Assembly: GCA_902493275.1 (NCBI GenBank) | Contig: CABUOQ010000001.1 | Span: 28,639-92,638, forward strand | Length of the DNA: 64,000 bases | Reading direction: 5' to 3' | DNA from: an uncultured Bacillota bacterium | GTDB taxonomy: Bacteria > Bacillota_I > Bacilli_A > RFN20 > CAG-449 | Part shown: positions 30,308 through 39,622 of the stretch, piece by piece | Numbering within the stretch: position 1 is the stretch's first letter | Layout: each line of letters starts with the position of its first letter | Position numbers and translations under genes: made by a program | Notes under the pieces: generated by a model | Told to the model about the DNA's origin: nothing | Databases searched by the model: none | Seen by the model: the letters and a program-made list of their open reading frames with translations, nothing else

Positions 30308-30560
30308 ATTATTCCTCCTAAAAAATAAAAAGCGCCTTAGAAATTTCTAAGGACGCATCTAAGATACGCGGTACCACCTTAGTTCTAGCAATGCTAGCCC
30401 TCTTTAATTAAGTTTCTCCAAAGTGTATTTCATTAACTGATCAACAATGATTTTCACCATCCATCATCTCTCTAAATTCTTAATCAGATAACTACTTATC
30501 TTTTTCATAGAAACAATCTTTCGATTAATCTTATTTTAAAAGGAATTTTATCCTTAATCA
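30308..30560 (-). promoter_or_regulatory. T-box riboswitch leader of tyrS
   Basis: Minus-strand RNA carries AAGGUGGUACCGCG (plus 30365-30378). A terminator hairpin GCGUCCUUAG..CUAAGGCGC plus a U-run follows, then the SD and ATG. Confidence 0.7.
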
Positions 30561-30579
30561 ATAGATTTATTAATTAGAA

Positions 30580-31047
30580 TTAATTTTGAGTTAGGTCCGC
30601 TAAGTCAAAATTTAAAACTTTTTTTAAATCATCAATGTTAAGGGAAACTTGATAGCCGACTCTTCCTCCTGAAATAAAAATACTTTCAAACAAAATCGCA
30701 CTTTCATCAATATAAGTTGGAAAGGTTTTCTTCATTAATAAAGGTGAGCATCCTCCATGAATATATCCAGTTATCGAAAGCAAATCTTTTTGTTTAATCA
30801 TCTCTATCGATTTAACATTAGCTATTTTCGCTGCCTTTTTTAGCGATAACGTACAATTTACTGGTACGCAAAATACATAGTAATTCTTATCACTTCCTAT
30901 AGTCACTAACGTTTTAAAAACTTGCTCAGGATTTTCTTTTAAAATATTTGCAATTTTTTCACCATCAGTTAGTGATGAATCATATTCATATTCTTGATGA
31001 GGAATATGATTTATATCTAAAAATCTCATTACATTTGTCTTATTCAT
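30580..31047 (-). CDS. YbaK/ProX-type aminoacyl-tRNA deacylase
   Basis: 155 aa; YbaK-like length and N-terminal pattern, with a conserved ..GGCSPL.. region. Confidence 0.7.
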   Translation of the reverse strand: MNKTNVMRFLDINHIPHQEYEYDSSLTDGEKIANILKENPEQVFKTLVTIGSDKNYYVFCVPVNCTLSLKKAAKIANVKSIEMIKQKDLLSITGYIHGGCSPLLMKKTFPTYIDESAILFESIFISGGRVGYQVSLNIDDLKKVLNFDLADLTQN

Positions 31048-31131
31048 AATATAAATATAGATATTTATCTTTAGTATTTCAATTAAATAACTTGTATTTA
31101 ATTATTTAAATAATTAATATTTAACTAGGAG

Positions 31132-32511
31132 ATGACTATTATGTATTCAAAAAATATTTACAAAAAAATAACTTCTGAAAAAACAGAGTTAATTACTCAA
31201 TTCGGTGAGGATTATAAAGAATTCCTTTCTAAAGGTAAAACAGAAAGATTATGCGTTGAACAAGCTGAAAAAGCTGCGATTATTGCTGGATTTAAACCAC
31301 TTGACGCATTCAAAGAAACTGGATTAAAATCTGGTGATAAAGTCTATTTAAAAAATAAAAATAAGAACATCGTTTTATTTAAAATCGGCAGAAAAGCTTT
31401 AACTGCAGGAATGAGAATATTAGGAGCTCATATTGATTCACCACGTCTTGATGTCAAACAAAATCCTCTATATGAAAAAAATGGTTTTGCTTTATTAGAC
31501 ACCCATTACTATGGTGGAATAAAAAAATATCAATGGGTTACAATTCCTCTAGCCATTCATGGTGTAATTATTAAAAAAGACTTAACTGAAGTCAAAGTCG
31601 ATATCGGTGATAATGAAAATGATCCAGTATTTGGCATTTCTGATTTATTAATTCACCTTGCACAAGATCAATTACAAAAAACTGCTAGCAAAGTAATTGA
31701 AGGCGAAGACTTAGATTTAACCATCGCTTCTATTCCTCTTGATGGCGCAGAAAAAGAAGCTGTCAAAGCTAATGTTTTAAAACTTTTAAATGAAAAATAC
31801 GGAGTTGAAGAAGAAGATTTTCTCTCATCTGAATTAGAAATCGTTCCAGCTGGTAAAGCACGTGATTATGGACTAGATCGTTCGATGATTGCAGGATACG
31901 GACATGATGATCGCGTTTGTGCTTATACATCTTTAAGAGCAATATTAGATATCGGTGAAGTTGATGATACTGCTTGCTGTATCTTAGTTGATAAAGAAGA
32001 AATCGGATCAGTCGGCGCTACTGGCGCGCAATCATTATTCTTTGAAAACGCTATCGCTGAACTTTTATCTTTGATGGGTCAAACATCATACCTTGATTTG
32101 AAACACGCTTTAGAAAATGCCAAGATGTTATCAAGTGATGTTTCTGCTGGTTTTGATCCATTATACCCTTCGGTAAATGACCCTAAAAATGCTTGTTATT
32201 TAGGAAATGGTATCGTTTTTAATAAATATACGGGTTCACGTGGAAAATCTGGCTCAAATGATGCTAATCCAGAGTATTTTGCTTGGGTTAGAAATATCAT
32301 GGATAGTGCCAATGTTCACTTCCAAACCGCAGAATTAGGTCGTGTTGACCAAGGTGGCGGTGGAACAATCGCCTATATTTTGGGAAATTATAATATGAAC
32401 GTAGTAGATGCAGGAGTTGCAGTATTTAATATGCACTCTCCAATGGAAATTGTTTCTAAAGCTGACGTCTATGAAACTTATCTTGCTTATAAAGCATTCT
32501 TAGGTAATTAG
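31132..32511 (+). CDS. M18-family aminopeptidase
   Basis: 459 aa. GAHIDSPRLDVK (the M18 H-x-D-S-P motif), ..GYGHDDR.. and EEIGS metal-ligand blocks. Confidence 0.8.
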   Translation: MTIMYSKNIYKKITSEKTELITQFGEDYKEFLSKGKTERLCVEQAEKAAIIAGFKPLDAFKETGLKSGDKVYLKNKNKNIVLFKIGRKALTAGMRILGAHIDSPRLDVKQNPLYEKNGFALLDTHYYGGIKKYQWVTIPLAIHGVIIKKDLTEVKVDIGDNENDPVFGISDLLIHLAQDQLQKTASKVIEGEDLDLTIASIPLDGAEKEAVKANVLKLLNEKYGVEEEDFLSSELEIVPAGKARDYGLDRSMIAGYGHDDRVCAYTSLRAILDIGEVDDTACCILVDKEEIGSVGATGAQSLFFENAIAELLSLMGQTSYLDLKHALENAKMLSSDVSAGFDPLYPSVNDPKNACYLGNGIVFNKYTGSRGKSGSNDANPEYFAWVRNIMDSANVHFQTAELGRVDQGGGGTIAYILGNYNMNVVDAGVAVFNMHSPMEIVSKADVYETYLAYKAFLGN

Positions 32512-32514
32512 ACG

Positions 32515-33618
32515 ATGAAGTTTAAGAATAAATTATTTTCAATTGTTTCGATAGTTTTGCTATCTTCATGTGCAATTAATATCAATTTAGGAATCAATAG
32601 TTCTTCATCTAGTCAATCGCTTAGTAGTAACTCTTCAATTAGTGTTTCAACGGATGTTTCTTCTACTAATTCTAGCAATCAAGATAGTAGCAGTGAAATC
32701 AGTTCATCATCAATCGAATCTAGTAGCAGTTCTTCATCTGAAGTTTCTAGTTCATCATCAATTGAGTCTAGTAGCAGTTCTTCATCTAGTGAAGAATTAA
32801 CTTATGATCCATATACTGATGTCACTTTTGATGATTTTTATGCCTCTTATACCCCTGCCACTAGTTATAAAGATGCCTATTATCGTACACAACATGGATT
32901 TATGTCTGGATCAATCGCTGAAACTCAAGACGGATATTATCCTCACGCTAATAATAAATATACCGAAAATGATAAATATGTAAAAATTAGCGATGGTAAA
33001 TATACTTATCGTGATGATGGTGGCTATGAATCTTTTGTTATTAATGGCACCGATACTAAAATTTATTATGGTGGAGGTTATATTCTTTTAGAAGAAGTAG
33101 CCGCGTACATTCAAGCTTTTGGGGAAGTTCCACCAAATAATAACTACGATAAAGGTTCTTCTGGCAAACAAGAAGCCATTGCTACTTGGGGAAGATATGG
33201 AAGAGTTAATGTTGGATATTTTTCTGGCGATACCTCAAAATATAAATATGAACCACTCTTACCTGAATTAAGCACTAAATCTTATATTGAAACTGATATC
33301 GGAAGTTTAGGTGGATTTGATTGCAATGGCACGGTATCTCCTTATTACGATAATGGAAGAATTAATCGTGGTGTTTGTAGAATTGTCTATACTTCAACAT
33401 ATAAAAATGGAACGCCGATAAAAGACATAAAAGAGCGTCATGTTTTCTATACCTACAATCACTATAATGATTTCCAAGAATATCTTAATTATGACTGTGG
33501 ATGGGGCACTAGATTCGGTAATGAATCCGCTGGAAATAATTATAATTATTATAATCCATCTAATCCGCCATCTGATTATCCAAATGTAGTCTTAAAAAAA
33601 TTGAGCGAGGTTCTATAA
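32515..33618 (+). CDS. Lipoprotein with a Ser-rich linker and a C-terminal barnase-family (microbial RNase N1/T1 superfamily) ribonuclease domain
   Basis: Lipobox LSSC, then an approximately 75-aa Ser-rich low-complexity linker. Residues about 175-330 align with barnase: VAAYIQAFGEVPPNNNY..EAIATWG matches VADYLQTYHKLPDNYI..EAQALGW; SGDTSKYKYEPLLP matches GGDIFSNREGKLP (catalytic Glu); RINRGVCRIVYTST matches RNSDRILYSSD (Arg pair); HVFYTYNHYNDF matches WLIYKTTDHYQTF (catalytic His). Confidence 0.6.
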   Translation: MKFKNKLFSIVSIVLLSSCAININLGINSSSSSQSLSSNSSISVSTDVSSTNSSNQDSSSEISSSSIESSSSSSSEVSSSSSIESSSSSSSSEELTYDPYTDVTFDDFYASYTPATSYKDAYYRTQHGFMSGSIAETQDGYYPHANNKYTENDKYVKISDGKYTYRDDGGYESFVINGTDTKIYYGGGYILLEEVAAYIQAFGEVPPNNNYDKGSSGKQEAIATWGRYGRVNVGYFSGDTSKYKYEPLLPELSTKSYIETDIGSLGGFDCNGTVSPYYDNGRINRGVCRIVYTSTYKNGTPIKDIKERHVFYTYNHYNDFQEYLNYDCGWGTRFGNESAGNNYNYYNPSNPPSDYPNVVLKKLSEVL

Positions 33619-34848
33619 CGAACTTCGCTCTTTTGCTTGCGCTAACATTAATTTAATACGGTTTTCTTGATTGACTTTTGTTGCTCCTGGATCATAATCA
33701 ATAGCAACGATATTGGCTTGTGGATAATTCTTTTTTATCACTCTTTGCATACCTTTTGAGACAATGTGATTAGGTAAACATCCAAAGGGTTGACACGATA
33801 CAATATTTGGACATCCACTTTCAACAAGCATTGCCATTTCCGCTGGAATAAGCCATCCTTCGCCCATCACAACCCCTTCTGAAATAAATGTATTCGCCGC
33901 TTTTTTTAATTTTTCAAAATCATGAAAAGGCTCAAATGAACTATATTTACTCACGACCTTATTGACTTTCTTTTGCATAGAATACATGATTTTATATTCT
34001 AATTTATATATAAACGCCAGTTTATTTTTGTTTTTATATTGACGATGATTCCAAATGGTTGCATCGGCTGAATACATCACAAAATCCATCAATGAGGGCA
34101 CTACGACTTCACAATCTACACTATGTAAGAAATCTTCGAGATGATTATTGGCAAGTGGTGAATATTTTGCATATATTTCACCTACAATTCCCACCTTTAT
34201 CTTTGTTTCTTTCTTAGTTGGAATCGATGAAAAATCGATTGCAATTTCTTTGGCAATTCGATAAAGGTGGCGATACTTTTTATGATTTAAATATTCTTTT
34301 AATTTATCATTCCATTTATCTAACATTTTTTTACTATCGCCTTTATTTATCTCATAAGGTAATACTTGATTATAAAATGACATCAAAATATCCCCATAAA
34401 AAACGGATAATAACATTTCTAAAAGATTAGTTGTCGTTAACTTAAAGCCAGAATTTTCATCTTTTTCTAATCCAGAAAAATTTAACGAGATAACTGGAAT
34501 TTGTGGATAGACATTTGCGATGGCTTTTCTAATTAAGTTAATGTAATTAGATGCTCGACATCCGCCTCCAGTTTGAGTCATGATAAAGGCTACTTTATTT
34601 TCATCGTATTTACCACTTTTCATCGCATCGATAAATTGTCCAACAACTAATAACGCTGGATAACAAGCATCATTATGAACATTTTTCAAACCCTCATCGA
34701 TGACACTTCGAGATGAATTTCTAAGGCATTCAATCTTATAACCACTCTTTTCAAAAACATTTTTAAATAAGCCTAGATGGATTGGTAACATATCTGGGAC
34801 AAGTATAGTATGAGTTTGCTTCATTTGCTTAGTAAATTGCGGATACAT
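33613..34848 (-). CDS. 2-hydroxyacyl-CoA dehydratase-family protein (HgdA/HgdB-like component)
   Basis: 411 aa, HGD-D family N-terminal pattern; partner of the upstream activase-fusion gene. Confidence 0.65.
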   Translation of the reverse strand: MYPQFTKQMKQTHTILVPDMLPIHLGLFKNVFEKSGYKIECLRNSSRSVIDEGLKNVHNDACYPALLVVGQFIDAMKSGKYDENKVAFIMTQTGGGCRASNYINLIRKAIANVYPQIPVISLNFSGLEKDENSGFKLTTTNLLEMLLSVFYGDILMSFYNQVLPYEINKGDSKKMLDKWNDKLKEYLNHKKYRHLYRIAKEIAIDFSSIPTKKETKIKVGIVGEIYAKYSPLANNHLEDFLHSVDCEVVVPSLMDFVMYSADATIWNHRQYKNKNKLAFIYKLEYKIMYSMQKKVNKVVSKYSSFEPFHDFEKLKKAANTFISEGVVMGEGWLIPAEMAMLVESGCPNIVSCQPFGCLPNHIVSKGMQRVIKKNYPQANIVAIDYDPGATKVNQENRIKLMLAQAKERSSL

Positions 34849-34850
34849 TT

Positions 34851-37811
34851 TTACACCTCGACTTTTTCCTTGACACTTTCTTCATCCATCGCCGCTAATA
34901 GGCTTCTAATACGGATTTTTAAAGCCCCTAAATTATTAATTTCATCGATTTTTAATTGAGTATATAATTTATTATTACTCTCTAAAAAATAACGTAATTC
35001 ATCAGTAGTTATCGCATCTATTCCACATCCAAATGAAACCAATTGAATCATCTGCATATCACTTTGATTAATAACATAATTAGCCGCCTTAAATAGACGA
35101 GAATGATATGTCCATTGATTAAGAATTCCTAATGATGGTGTATGACTTTTATAAGCGAGATAATCCTCACTTAAAACCATCAATCCTAATGAAGATATAT
35201 AGCGAGAAATACCATGATTAATCTCTGGGTCGATGTGATATGGTCGACCCGCTAAAACAATAATCTTTTTATTATTTGCCCGAGCAAATGATAAATATTC
35301 ATCACCTTTAATAACGATTTTATGATGATAATTATCTAATTCTTGATAACCCTTATTAAGTGCTTCTTGTAATGCTTTCTTAGAAATTTTAAATTTTTTC
35401 AAGTAACGATATAACTCATTTGAAACTTGTTTTTTATTGTTTAAATCAAGATAAGGTGAGAAAAAATTCTTTTTATTTAATTCTTGCATATTCCCTTTTA
35501 GTGTTTCAGGATAATAGGCGACAACTGGACAGTTATAATGATTATCACTTTCATGTTCATCGTAGTTATATGTTTGACATGGATAAAATATAAAATCAAC
35601 CTTTTTTTCTAGTAATTCTTTTATATGACCATGCATTAATTTTGCCGGATAACATACCGTATCAGAAGCAATAGTATCTTGACCTTTATAGTATTTTTTT
35701 CGGCTTGAGACATTAGATGTGACGACTTTAAATCCTAATTCATTGAATAGTGTGGCAAATAATGGTAATTGCTCAAAATAATTTAATTGAAGAGGCAAAC
35801 CCACAACCGCAATATTTTGCTTATTAGTTAGGTGAGAATAATGATCAATTAGTTCTAGTTTGTAATCATAAAGCGATGGTAGACTTTCATTTTTATGTGT
35901 CACCGAAACACGATCACAGCGATTTCCGGAAATAAAACGCTTCCCGCCGTTAAAGTTGATGATATTTAAAGCGCAATGTGCAGTGCACGCATGACAAATC
36001 GAATTAATAGATTTATACGAAAAATTATTAAGTTCATCTAAAGATAGTAGTGTTTGCTCTTTCACGTGTTCGCTAGCGTATATTGCCGCGCCAAATGCTC
36101 CCATCAATTCGCTAATTTGAGGTCGAATTACATTATGATTTAGCTCTTTTTCAAAACTCCTTAATACGGCATCATTAAGAAATGTTCCACCTTGAGCAAC
36201 GATATTTTGTCCTAATTCTTCTATATTTTTAATCCTTATAACTTTATAGATGGCATTTTTAATTATCGATTGCGATAATCCTGCTGAAATATCATCAATT
36301 CCTGCTCCATCTTTTTGAGCTTGTTTAACTGATGAATTCATAAAAACGGTACATCTAGAACCTAATTCAACTGGATTTTTAGCAAAGAGTCCTAATTTTG
36401 CAAAATCTTTAATTGAATATCCTAAAGCCTCAGCAAATGATTGAATAAATGATCCACATCCTGAAGAACAAGCCTCATTTAAAACAATGGAGTCAATCGC
36501 TTTATTTTTTATCTTAAAACATTTAATATCTTGACCACCGATATCGATTATAAAATCGACATCTGGACAAAAATATGATGCCGCTTTAAAATGAGCGATA
36601 GTTTCCACAATTCCATTTTCTACTCCTAATCCAGCTCTAATCAATTCTTCACCATAGCCAGTGACTGCACTAGAAACGATTTCTAAACTACCATTTGACA
36701 TTTGATAAATATTTTTCAATTGTTCAACGATGATATCTAATGGACGTCCTTTATTAGAAACATAATAACTATATAAAATTTCATACTTTTCATTTAGAAG
36801 GACTAATTTTGTGGTGGTTGAACCTGCATCAATACCAAGATATGCCTTTCCTTTATAGTCTTGAAGATTACAATATTTTGCATCATTTCGATTATGACGA
36901 GCTACAAATTCTTCATATTCTTCCATATTTTTAAATAGTGGTGATGTAGTGATAATATTATTATCCATCTTGGATGAAGAAATCTTGTTAATGATTTCAC
37001 TTAGTGATATCTCCTTTTCAGATTTTCTCGCATATAAAGCTGCACCTAGAGCCATAAACACTGGTCCTTTTTCTGGAAATAATGCATGATCACCATCAAG
37101 ATTTAAAGTTTTAATAAATGCATTTTGAAGCGATTTTATAAATGATAAAGGTCCACCTAAAAACAATACATGGCCTTCAATTTTTCGTCCTTGAGCTAAG
37201 CCAGATACGGTTTGATCCACAACCGCTTGAAAAATTGAAGCGGCAATATCTTCAAGCATCGCTCCTTGATTGATTAAAGGTTGAATATCTGATTTAGCAA
37301 AGACTCCACATCGCGAAGCAATCGGATAAACTTTTTTCGCTTTTAAAGCAAGTTGATCCAATTTATCGACACTCACTCCTAATAAGGTTGCCATCTGATC
37401 GATAAATGCGCCTGTTCCCCCGGCACATGAGCCGTTCATTCTCTCTTCAACTCCATGACTTAAGAAAATTATTTTGGCATCTTCTCCGCCTAATTCCACA
37501 ACTACATCAGTTCGTGGATAAAAACTTTTAACTGCTAAAAAAGCCGAATGGACTTCTTGAACAAAGCCTAGATTTGATTTAGATGATAATCCTAATCCTG
37601 CCGATCCAGTAACTGAAACTTTACAAACAAAATCACCAAATTTATCTTTGACGACTTTTAATTCATTAATAACTGTTTCTTTTACTTCTGAAAAATGACG
37701 AACATAATTGTCATATAATATTTTATTTTCTTCATCAATTATTACAACTTTTACAGTTGTTGAACCGACATCAATTCCAAGATTAAATACTTTTTCCATT
37801 TGCATCTCCAA
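34851..37811 (-). CDS. Fusion protein: two BadF/BadG/BcrA/BcrD-type ATPase (CoA-substrate-specific enzyme activase) domains plus a dehydratase-like C-terminal domain
   Basis: Two ASKHA-type phosphate-1 motifs (LGIDVGSTTVKVV.. and LGIDAGSTTTKLV..) and Cys clusters for the bridging [4Fe-4S]; 986 aa. Confidence 0.75.
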   Translation of the reverse strand: MEMQMEKVFNLGIDVGSTTVKVVIIDEENKILYDNYVRHFSEVKETVINELKVVKDKFGDFVCKVSVTGSAGLGLSSKSNLGFVQEVHSAFLAVKSFYPRTDVVVELGGEDAKIIFLSHGVEERMNGSCAGGTGAFIDQMATLLGVSVDKLDQLALKAKKVYPIASRCGVFAKSDIQPLINQGAMLEDIAASIFQAVVDQTVSGLAQGRKIEGHVLFLGGPLSFIKSLQNAFIKTLNLDGDHALFPEKGPVFMALGAALYARKSEKEISLSEIINKISSSKMDNNIITTSPLFKNMEEYEEFVARHNRNDAKYCNLQDYKGKAYLGIDAGSTTTKLVLLNEKYEILYSYYVSNKGRPLDIIVEQLKNIYQMSNGSLEIVSSAVTGYGEELIRAGLGVENGIVETIAHFKAASYFCPDVDFIIDIGGQDIKCFKIKNKAIDSIVLNEACSSGCGSFIQSFAEALGYSIKDFAKLGLFAKNPVELGSRCTVFMNSSVKQAQKDGAGIDDISAGLSQSIIKNAIYKVIRIKNIEELGQNIVAQGGTFLNDAVLRSFEKELNHNVIRPQISELMGAFGAAIYASEHVKEQTLLSLDELNNFSYKSINSICHACTAHCALNIINFNGGKRFISGNRCDRVSVTHKNESLPSLYDYKLELIDHYSHLTNKQNIAVVGLPLQLNYFEQLPLFATLFNELGFKVVTSNVSSRKKYYKGQDTIASDTVCYPAKLMHGHIKELLEKKVDFIFYPCQTYNYDEHESDNHYNCPVVAYYPETLKGNMQELNKKNFFSPYLDLNNKKQVSNELYRYLKKFKISKKALQEALNKGYQELDNYHHKIVIKGDEYLSFARANNKKIIVLAGRPYHIDPEINHGISRYISSLGLMVLSEDYLAYKSHTPSLGILNQWTYHSRLFKAANYVINQSDMQMIQLVSFGCGIDAITTDELRYFLESNNKLYTQLKIDEINNLGALKIRIRSLLAAMDEESVKEKVEV

Positions 37812-37959
37812 ATCTAGTGATTATTATAATAAAAATAATTATCTAGAAAAAGTTTTTTTTATCAAATACACACAATTGAATTTTTGTAAAAAAAGATTCC
37901 ATGTATGATGAAACCGAAAATTCAAAATACATGGAATCAATTAATTTATTATTTTGGAT

Positions 37960-39393
37960 TTATTCTTGAGGACTATCTTTTATCTCTTCAGCTTTTTTAT
38001 CGCGGAGGATTAAGTTCAATGCAATACCTAAAATCATCGACATCGCCGTTGAAGTAATTGTTGCTGAGCCAATGCTAATTGCTAAGCCACCAATTCCGCT
38101 TACTAAGATGACTGAGGCAACAATAACATTCTTTGTAATACTGAAATCCACCTTTTCATTTATTAACATTTTTACACCGCTAGAAGCGATAAAACCATAC
38201 AAAATCAAACTTACACCACCAGTAATACAAGCAGGAATAGTTGATAATAATAAGGTTAAAGGACCAAAAAATCCTAAAACTATTGAAAGAATAGCTGCGA
38301 CAATAATAACGTTAATTGAAGCGATTTTACTAACACCGATAACCGCTACATTTTCACCATATGTTGTATTTGCAGCACCGCATATTATACCAGAAGCGGC
38401 TGTGGCTAAACCATCTCCGATTAAAGTTTTGCTTAAACCCGGTTCATCATTTATTAAATCACGATCAATAATATTACCTAAGTTTTTGTGATCACCGATA
38501 TGTTCACAAATAGTTACTACTGCTACTGGAGCAAAGATAATAAATACTGATAATATTTGTCCAGCTTCAAATGGAACGGTTTGCTTAATAGCTCTTCCTA
38601 AAATAAAATCAGTGTTAATATATGTTGATATATTTCCCCAATCAGCATTAGTGAATGGTGAAAAATCAACAATTTGTAACCATGTTTGATTGCAAGCTAT
38701 TCCAATTAAAGTTAAGATAACCGCTAATATATATGCTCCACCCATTCCGCAAACAAATGGAATTAACGAAATCATCTTTTTACCATAGTGCGAACAAACC
38801 GCAGTTATTATTACTGCTACTAAGCCAATCAATACTGACATCAATGAATTACCGCCAGCGACAGCAACAGAAGAAATATTATTAACTGCTGAACCAGCCA
38901 AACCTAAACCAATAACCATAATTATTGGTCCAATTACAACTGGTGGTAATAATTTATTTAACCACTTTGTACCAACAAATTTAATTATTAAAGCAATAAC
39001 TACATAAATAACCCCAACAATTGCCATTCCGATAATTAATGCCCAGTAATTTAAATCATATTTTCCCGCTAATCCATTATCGATGACTCCTAAAGTAAGT
39101 GCTGATACCATCGGCGCCAGATACGCAAAGGATGAGCTTAAAAATACCGGCGATTTCTTTCGAGTAATAAATGTATAAATTATTGTTCCTACACCAGCAC
39201 CAATTAAAGTTGCACCAATCGGAAATGTTACTCCAACACCACCATTTGCAACTGAATTACCCATGATTAATGGCACTGTAATACATGCAACAAGCATGGC
39301 TAAAATATGTTGAATTGAGAATAAAATCCATTGTGAAAGTTTCTTTGGGTTCTCTTCAACATCAAAAACTAAATTTTTGTTCTTTTTCATCTT
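37960..39393 (-). CDS. NCS2-family nucleobase permease (uracil/xanthine permease-like)
   Basis: About 14 TM helices and NCS2 signature regions. The true start is probably MKKNKN at about 39393 (GGAGGT SD), not the ORF-track start at 39429. Confidence 0.8.
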   Translation of the reverse strand, partial: KMKKNKNLVFDVEENPKKLSQWILFSIQHILAMLVACITVPLIMGNSVANGGVGVTFPIGATLIGAGVGTIIYTFITRKKSPVFLSSSFAYLAPMVSALTLGVIDNGLAGKYDLNYWALIIGMAIVGVIYVVIALIIKFVGTKWLNKLLPPVVIGPIIMVIGLGLAGSAVNNISSVAVAGGNSLMSVLIGLVAVIITAVCSHYGKKMISLIPFVCGMGGAYILAVILTLIGIACNQTWLQIVDFSPFTNADWGNISTYINTDFILGRAIKQTVPFEAGQILSVFIIFAPVAVVTICEHIGDHKNLGNIIDRDLINDEPGLSKTLIGDGLATAASGIICGAANTTYGENVAVIGVSKIASINVIIVAAILSIVLGFFGPLTLLLSTIPACITGGVSLILYGFIASSGVKMLINEKVDFSITKNVIVASVILVSGIGGLAISIGSATITSTAMSMILGIALNLILRDKKAEEIKDSPQE

Positions 39394-39622
39394 TACCTCC
39401 CCCATATTGTCAAAAAAAAGACTTATCACCTAATGATGACAAGTCTATTAAATTAACAATAAATTTGAAAATAAAAACTTTCTGAGTATTCGCTTATTCT
39501 TAATGTATGTTGGCAACATCTTCATAAATGAACCTCCTAAAAATTTTTATCTTTTTTATTATATCATCGTATGAAGATTTGTAAACTATTTTTTTTATTA
39601 ATTTCAATCAACTAAATAAGTA

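Noticed and set aside
34218-39485. Plus-strand ORFs 34218-34430, 37708-37908, 38072-38491 and 39285-39485
   Set aside because: Antisense to the dehydratase, activase and permease genes.
39430-39620. Looked for a purine or PyrR-type riboswitch in the permease leader
   Set aside because: The minus-strand leader does not contain the purine-riboswitch core (UAUA..GGAUAUGG..ACCGUAAAU) or a PyrR binding loop that I could recognise. Only the short leader ORF is reported.
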